DNA of 58,187 nucleotides from a virus (Duplodnaviria; Caudoviricetes): IMG/VR virus record IMGVR_UViG_3300021197_000536, positions 1 to 58,187 of that record; one strand, 5' to 3'. Shown piece by piece: positions 53,330 to 58,187 of this stretch (position 1 is its first letter; each line of letters starts with the position of its first letter). The notes under the pieces were generated by a model. It saw only the letters and a program-made list of their open reading frames with translations, ran no database searches and was not told where the DNA came from. The position numbers and the translations under genes were made by a program.

Positions 53330-54778
53330 TCAAGCTGCTAAGCCCTCCTCTGAGTTAAGTAGGTGTTTAGGGTAGTAGTCACCCTTCTCTTCAACGTATT
53401 CGACACAGCGGGCGCACCAGTGCTCATCTAATTCCTCGATATAGACAGAGTCCTCGATATGTACAGTGACCTCCCAGCTTCTGTTAGACAGCGCATTGTA
53501 GTAGTACACTGTAACAGCCTCATCAACTGGGATCAGATCACCATCATCGGTGTATGTGTAATACTCTGCGAAGCAAGTCTCGCAGAATGGAGTCATATCG
53601 TCGTCGAAGCAGGCGTCGAAGCCGACCGAGTAGCCACAGCAAGAGCAGATTTCACCTACCTCTACTAAGTAGCCCTCAGTATCAGTGAACTCGTACTCAC
53701 CTGAACCCTCTGGCAAGAGTAAGATCTTGTCACCCACCTTGTCACCAGAGTACCCACCGTCTAGGTAAGGTACAATAGGGTCGCACGGGTCACCTACTCT
53801 TTGAAGTGAAAGACCGTCCCACTCACCTTCTTCAGCGTGAATGCCCTCAAGGTACTCGCTCAACATGCCTAAAGACTGCTCACAAACACCATAGATAGGA
53901 CCGCTGATAAGGGATCGATCACTGGCTCTGTAACCTACGACAACCCGCCCAGCTATGAGGCCGCTCTTGTCAGTCAACCAGACTATAAAGAAGTCACCAC
54001 TAGCGTAAGCCTCACTAGCACTGTAATCGTTACCCATATACGACCTTTCCACACCTTGCATACAAGATGTAGCTAGGCTCTTACGAGAATGGGTAATCTG
54101 AGGGTTGCGGTAAGAGGCACGGTCACCACCATACGCCTCCGCAAAGTGATGCGCCTTGTATCCAGTGTTCAGAGTGAAGGAACGAGGCGATGTCCACTCG
54201 ATGTAAGTCTCTGTGACACTAGCAATTTGAGCATCACTAAGGTGATTGAACATGTGTCGGAATGCACGTCCCACCTTCATAGTAGTACGGCGATCTCTCT
54301 TCCTGTCTTTAAGGCATCTGAAGAGGGAGATACCACCACCTTCGGCTTGCTCAGGGGTATGTAGATCCATTAGTAGGTCAACCGCCGCCCTCTCACCATA
54401 ACTATAAGTTCCTGAGAAAAACCCTTGAATGAAGCTTGAGAGAGGGGATCCGTAGAAAGACGACGAACTAAGTATTCTACTATTAAACACACCTTCAGCG
54501 ATATCTTCGATTGATCCGAACTTAGAGTTCAAAAGAGCCTTATCGATATCCTCACTGCAAAGCAGCCCCACATCTCCATCGATCTCAGCAAACAGTAGAA
54601 CATCTCGATTACCGAAGTCTGCGACGCACTGAATCCCGCCGCTTTTGTCTGTAGTCGTCCAGTAGATAAAGCCGTTATGTACGTCACACCTTATGATCTC
54701 TGAGTAGAGGCCGAGACCCCTCCGTAAGAATACACGATTTTCCATGTCACAATCCTTTTCCATGTTGTGCTCACCCAT
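53330..54778 (-). CDS. large early protein with C-terminal Zn ribbon
   Basis: TSCM, GR, PYLD motifs; CSCC...FCETC; AAAGGA RBS. Confidence 0.75.
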   Translation of the reverse strand: MGEHNMEKDCDMENRVFLRRGLGLYSEIIRCDVHNGFIYWTTTDKSGGIQCVADFGNRDVLLFAEIDGDVGLLCSEDIDKALLNSKFGSIEDIAEGVFNSRILSSSSFYGSPLSSFIQGFFSGTYSYGERAAVDLLMDLHTPEQAEGGGISLFRCLKDRKRDRRTTMKVGRAFRHMFNHLSDAQIASVTETYIEWTSPRSFTLNTGYKAHHFAEAYGGDRASYRNPQITHSRKSLATSCMQGVERSYMGNDYSASEAYASGDFFIVWLTDKSGLIAGRVVVGYRASDRSLISGPIYGVCEQSLGMLSEYLEGIHAEEGEWDGLSLQRVGDPCDPIVPYLDGGYSGDKVGDKILLLPEGSGEYEFTDTEGYLVEVGEICSCCGYSVGFDACFDDDMTPFCETCFAEYYTYTDDGDLIPVDEAVTVYYYNALSNRSWEVTVHIEDSVYIEELDEHWCARCVEYVEEKGDYYPKHLLNSEEGLAA

Positions 54779-54794
54779 CTTTCTATCCTTTCAA

Positions 54795-55016
54795 TTATGT
54801 TAGGAAGTCTAGCTCCTCAAACAGTAGTCCCATTTGGTCACTGATCTCCTTACCATCATCCAAAGTACCTTCTAGCTCCATGTCAACACCAACACAGTCA
54901 ACACCATACTTCAGCAGTAGGGCCTGTGCTACATCTTCAAGTGTCGTCACATCGTCATCGATAAGGATGTCAACAGCACCCTCTTCACCTTCATACCAAC
55001 CTGACACGATACCCAT
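54795..55016 (-). CDS. acidic hypothetical protein
   Basis: ATG 55016 after GGAAAGGG. Confidence 0.6.
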   Translation of the reverse strand: MGIVSGWYEGEEGAVDILIDDDVTTLEDVAQALLLKYGVDCVGVDMELEGTLDDGKEISDQMGLLFEELDFLT

Positions 55017-55018
55017 GT

Positions 55019-55183
55019 TCAACCCTTTCCAAGACGGTTTGTCATTACTTCGAAGATAGACACCGTGTGCCCAGCGTTTTCCCATCGTCCACGAGCCTTC
55101 ACGGCTTCACTGCGGGATGGGGTGGTGAACATCTCACCTAGGTCCCCTACAAAGAGGGTGTACAGCATACCTTCACTCATCAT
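55019..55183 (-). CDS. hypothetical protein
   Basis: AAGGAG RBS; packed early operon. Confidence 0.55.
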   Translation of the reverse strand: MMSEGMLYTLFVGDLGEMFTTPSRSEAVKARGRWENAGHTVSIFEVMTNRLGKG

Positions 55184-55346
55184 CACTCTCCTTTTCGTAT
55201 AGGTCATACTTCGTCACAAGCAGGTTGTACATCATCATCGCAGCGGTGGTGGCCACTGCATCACCATATTTGGCTAGCGTATCCTCCATCTCACCCATAT
55301 TGTTAGGCGTGGCAAACAGTGTCACGGGTTTTAGATCAACTTTCAT
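55173..55346 (-). CDS. hypothetical protein
   Basis: ATG 55346 after AAGGAG. Confidence 0.6.
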   Translation of the reverse strand: MKVDLKPVTLFATPNNMGEMEDTLAKYGDAVATTAAMMMYNLLVTKYDLYEKESDDE

Positions 55347-55356
55347 GGCTTTCTCC

Positions 55357-55764
55357 TTAGCAAACAAAGTATTTATTGGAACTGATCACGTAGGTCCAGT
55401 TATCATGGTGCAGCGGTTGGTCGGTCTCAGTCATAGGGCCTAGGGCTTGCTGCGACCCATCCTTGAACTCAAGGGTACACGGCTGGCGTGTGTCACCTGC
55501 CACCTTCAAGATACAATCCTGCTTATCAGTGAAACCAAAGGCCTTCACCACCTCATAGTAGTCCACAGCATTCATCATGTAGGACGGCTCAAGGTGTACT
55601 ACACCCTCATCATCTTTCCACGAGCCGATGCAGTGTACAATCGGGCCGTTTAACTTGTCCATAGCACGATAGGTGTCGATGTGCCGCATGAACTTGGCGA
55701 CAACATGTGTGTCAGAGTTGTTATCGATGGCGAACACCACCTTTTCAAGATGATAGGTAATCAC
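55357..55764 (-). CDS. hypothetical protein
   Basis: GTG start after TGAAAGGATAAG. Confidence 0.7.
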   Translation of the reverse strand: MITYHLEKVVFAIDNNSDTHVVAKFMRHIDTYRAMDKLNGPIVHCIGSWKDDEGVVHLEPSYMMNAVDYYEVVKAFGFTDKQDCILKVAGDTRQPCTLEFKDGSQQALGPMTETDQPLHHDNWTYVISSNKYFVC

Positions 55765-55791
55765 GTCTTATCCTTTCACGTCATAGTAGTT

Positions 55792-55890
55792 TTATAACCA
55801 ATGAGTGCAGTCATCGCATGGATCATCATGACACGCTGCACAGTTTTCTAGTGCCCAGATCACGGCACAACCTGCCTTATACTCAGACAT
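55792..55890 (-). CDS. 32-aa Cys-rich peptide (not in ORF track)
   Basis: MSEYKAGCAVIWALENCAACHDDPCDDCTHWL; RBS TGAAAGGATAAG. Confidence 0.5.
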   Translation of the reverse strand: MSEYKAGCAVIWALENCAACHDDPCDDCTHWL

Positions 55891-55893
55891 GAC

Positions 55894-56022
55894 TTATCCT
55901 TTCACGCAGATGGTGGAGACAGTCTGAGACACGACTGTCATAGTTGTTTGGCCAAGGTACACCTTAGCGTTTGCTTCACTCATGTGACCGATTGCGGCCC
56001 CGTTTTTAATAATTTGTATCAT
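55894..56022 (-). CDS. 42-aa hypothetical protein (not in ORF track)
   Basis: MIQIIKNG...CVKG; AAAGGTGGG RBS. Confidence 0.45.
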   Translation of the reverse strand: MIQIIKNGAAIGHMSEANAKVYLGQTTMTVVSQTVSTICVKG

Positions 56023-56042
56023 AGTTCCCACCTTTCGGGTTA

Positions 56043-56192
56043 TTACACAACTACTTCGCACGTTAGCCAAACCTCATCCTTTGGGATACCGGTAGAGTAG
56101 AGGTAGTCCACCACCGCCTTGCAGAAGTCCAAGGTCATGCCGGTCTCGATAATGGCGGCTTCACCCACATACGTTAAAACAAGGTCATACAT
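56043..56192 (-). CDS. 49-aa hypothetical protein (not in ORF track)
   Basis: MYDLVLTY...C...C; RBS TGAAAGGATGG. Confidence 0.5.
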   Translation of the reverse strand: MYDLVLTYVGEAAIIETGMTLDFCKAVVDYLYSTGIPKDEVWLTCEVVV

Positions 56193-56278
56193 TAGTCCAT
56201 CCTTTCACGTTATCACTTGTGGAATTCCACATGGATAGACCACAGGCGGGAGGTTCCTGTGGCCTACACTCTGGAATC

Positions 56279-56752
56279 TTATGCGGCTTGGATAGCAGCG
56301 ATCAATGCCGCCTTGGTAACACCTTCACCACCTAGACGCTTCACCAACTTAGCAGCGTAATCCGATAGCACCAACTCCTTCTTTTCTACTTCACCTTTTA
56401 CCTCTTTCACTAGGGTAGAACGGAGGGACAACTTGCGATCCACACCCGCTGATAAGCGATCCATAGCGGCATCATCAAAGCTAGCATCCTTGAGGGAAAG
56501 CACGATGGTTTTCTTATCCTTCGCCACCTTCACCTTAGCCCCTACAAAGATAGCACCAATGATAGAGCGGACTGCACTAGCACCTTGCTTATCACCTTTG
56601 GAGTTGAGGCGAGCGATAGCACTTGCCAAGGGGCGACCATCTTCAGACTTGATCACGTTGATCACCAATTCACGAAGGTATCCGCTTGCAGCAACACCTG
56701 AACCCATAGCGTTTACGAACTTGTTCTCGACTGTTTTGATATCATTTGTCAT
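56279..56752 (-). CDS. first early gene, basic hypothetical protein
   Basis: GAGGA RBS; flanked by long hairpins. Confidence 0.75.
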   Translation of the reverse strand: MTNDIKTVENKFVNAMGSGVAASGYLRELVINVIKSEDGRPLASAIARLNSKGDKQGASAVRSIIGAIFVGAKVKVAKDKKTIVLSLKDASFDDAAMDRLSAGVDRKLSLRSTLVKEVKGEVEKKELVLSDYAAKLVKRLGGEGVTKAALIAAIQAA

Positions 56753-57115
56753 GGCTTGTTTTCCTCTTTCATTTCACTTCTAATAAAAACCACTCACCTT
56801 GAGTAGCTTATATATAAAGTGACAGGGTTGGGATGTAGTATCGTGACGAACCGTAGTTGACACGTTGGAAAGACTACACCTTTTCCCTATCCGCCCCTTC
56901 ACCCCAATGTGGCAACCAAATGCCTGGGATTATTGAACCGCGCTGTATGCTATACAGCTTGTTAACGCACCGCCCTACCTTCAAACCACCATGAGGTTCT
57001 ATTTTCGAGACGTAACGCCTAGGTTTTTATGCTTGGCCCCTAGGTGGGCTGTATCTCTGCGGCGTCTTGTTTGCCGTTTCGATAAGTTAGTTAGATATTA
57101 TTCCAGACCATATGT

Positions 57116-57242
57116 CAACCCCTTGAAAACATTGAATAAAATAGGGTTTTATCGTCTAAGCCATTGAAAACATTGAACTAATTATTCTTAACTTTTTATC
57201 ATATTTCTTCAAACTTTCTTATAAGTCATTGAAATCATTGAA
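57116..57242. repeat. three YAANNNNTTGAAAWCATTGAA repeats (IHF-box-like)
   Basis: Copies start at 57116, 57157, 57222. Confidence 0.7.
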
Positions 57243-57955
57243 TAACTTTCTTGTTTTAGCTCTGGATAGCCAGAAAACCCTATCTTCTAAAAGAATAGAA
57301 GACGGGCGCGCGTGGCTCAAACTAAGTGTACTAGTCAATACCCTAATTCAGCATAGTAGTAGAAAGTTCTGAGGTGTGGCAAACATACAACGTACAGAAG
57401 TGAACAGATAGAGAACATAGAGATGGAATGGAACAGAGTGAGAACAGATAGAGAACAGATGAGGAACCTGCGATTTGGTAGGGTAAGGGTAGGGAAAAGC
57501 AAAGATGAGCCTGAGAGGGGCTATTTGAGGGGTCTCCGTCGTGTTCTTGGTTTGTTCTACTGGGTGAGTTCTGTTTGTTCTCTTTATGTTCTTTATGCTC
57601 ATTGTATACCGTTGCATTGGATGGTTCTGATTGGTTCAGGTTGTATAGGAAACCATACCGACGAGAACCAAGCCCCTAGAATTGTTTATGAATGATACTC
57701 ATAATGATTATGAGCAGAATGATGTGACAAATATGCAACAAATGGCAATCATAGTAGTGTCAACCCCTTGACATACATTTTGTTGAGAGAGTGTGACCAA
57801 TATACAACAGAGGGGGTACAGGGGCCATGGGGGGTGTCCCAGTACGTTATATATGCACAATGACAGAGAGGGGTATTTTAGGTTTGCCTGTTAACCACAA
57901 TGGTTTACACACGGTATTATTTAGCCTATGTGGGTGTTCTGGGTACGATTAGGGG

Positions 57956-57984
57956 TTGACAGGTGTTGATGGATAGTGTATAAT
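57956..57984 (+). promoter_or_regulatory. consensus sigma70 promoter
   Basis: TTGACA(57956-57961)-17 bp-TATAAT(57979-57984). Confidence 0.8.
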
Positions 57985-58027
57985 ACACGGAGTGTCACGT
58001 TAAGGATTAGCTAAACACCTACTCCTC

Positions 58028-58187
58028 CTAAGTAAGTACAAATAAAGTACTCTAAGTTATACTTTAGGTATTGACATCGCGGCTAAAAGTAGTATAACTG
58101 TACGTATGTACTCTTACTTAAAGTATAAGCTAAAACTCCTACACCTCATAAGTAAGAACTTAGACAATACTTAAAGTATGTACTTAA
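58028..58187. repeat. AT-rich TACTnnAAGTA-type repeat tract continuing into position 1
   Basis: AGTATGTACTTA at 58175-58186 equals positions 1-12. Confidence 0.75.
58071..58098 (+). promoter_or_regulatory. sigma70-type promoter
   Basis: TTGACA-16 bp-TATAAC. Confidence 0.55.

Noticed and set aside
52438-53330. HEARO/IscB-type RNA-guided nuclease
   Set aside because: The protein is a typical free-standing phage HNH with no PLMP or RuvC motifs, and the leader is only ~140 nt
57348-57695. ORFs 57348-57617 (-) and 57423-57695 (+)
   Set aside because: Low-complexity strand-skewed DNA, no RBS, implausible composition
1-58187. tRNA genes or a phage RNA polymerase
   Set aside because: No cloverleaf seen in intergenic gaps by eye and no single-subunit RNAP motifs; a tRNAscan run would confirm

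Overview
This looks like an essentially complete ~58 kb genome of a lytic, podovirus-like tailed phage, probably opened from a circular assembly inside a 13-bp tandem repeat. No RNA polymerase, integrase, tRNA or CRISPR array is visible. The + strand arm (~260-32,217) carries lysis genes, a cluster of small basic proteins, terminase, portal, scaffold, major capsid, short-tail proteins, fibre and internal virion/ejection proteins. The - strand arm (~56,750 to 32,289) carries early genes, T7-like replication (primase-helicase, family A DNA polymerase, SSB-like protein, exonuclease, endonuclease I) and nucleotide genes (thyX, mazG, B12-dependent nrdJ, phoH). It ends in an unusual envelope/metabolic operon: ClpP-like protease, Leu/Phe/Val dehydrogenase, SbmA/BacA transporter, a MotA/ExbB + MotB/ExbD-like trio and a periplasmic ClpP-fold protein. 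The host is inferred to be a Rhodobacteraceae/Roseobacter-type alphaproteobacterium (DUF1127 protein, SbmA/BacA, GTA-type 3TM holin, SLRPxARP motifs). The strongest candidates for an undescribed system are: (1) an RTX-toxin-activating HlyC-family acyltransferase with its own consensus promoter, coupled to a P22-gp7-like ejection protein with an N-terminal GGGRGKG motif, suggesting fatty-acylation of a DNA-ejection protein; (2) the phage-encoded ion-driven membrane motor plus peptide importer operon; (3) a tandem RNA motif in the leader of an HNH gene and a multi-helix RNA upstream of the capsid gene; (4) a split between late promoters lacking the -7 T and early promoters having it. All family calls come from motif recognition by eye; no searches were run.
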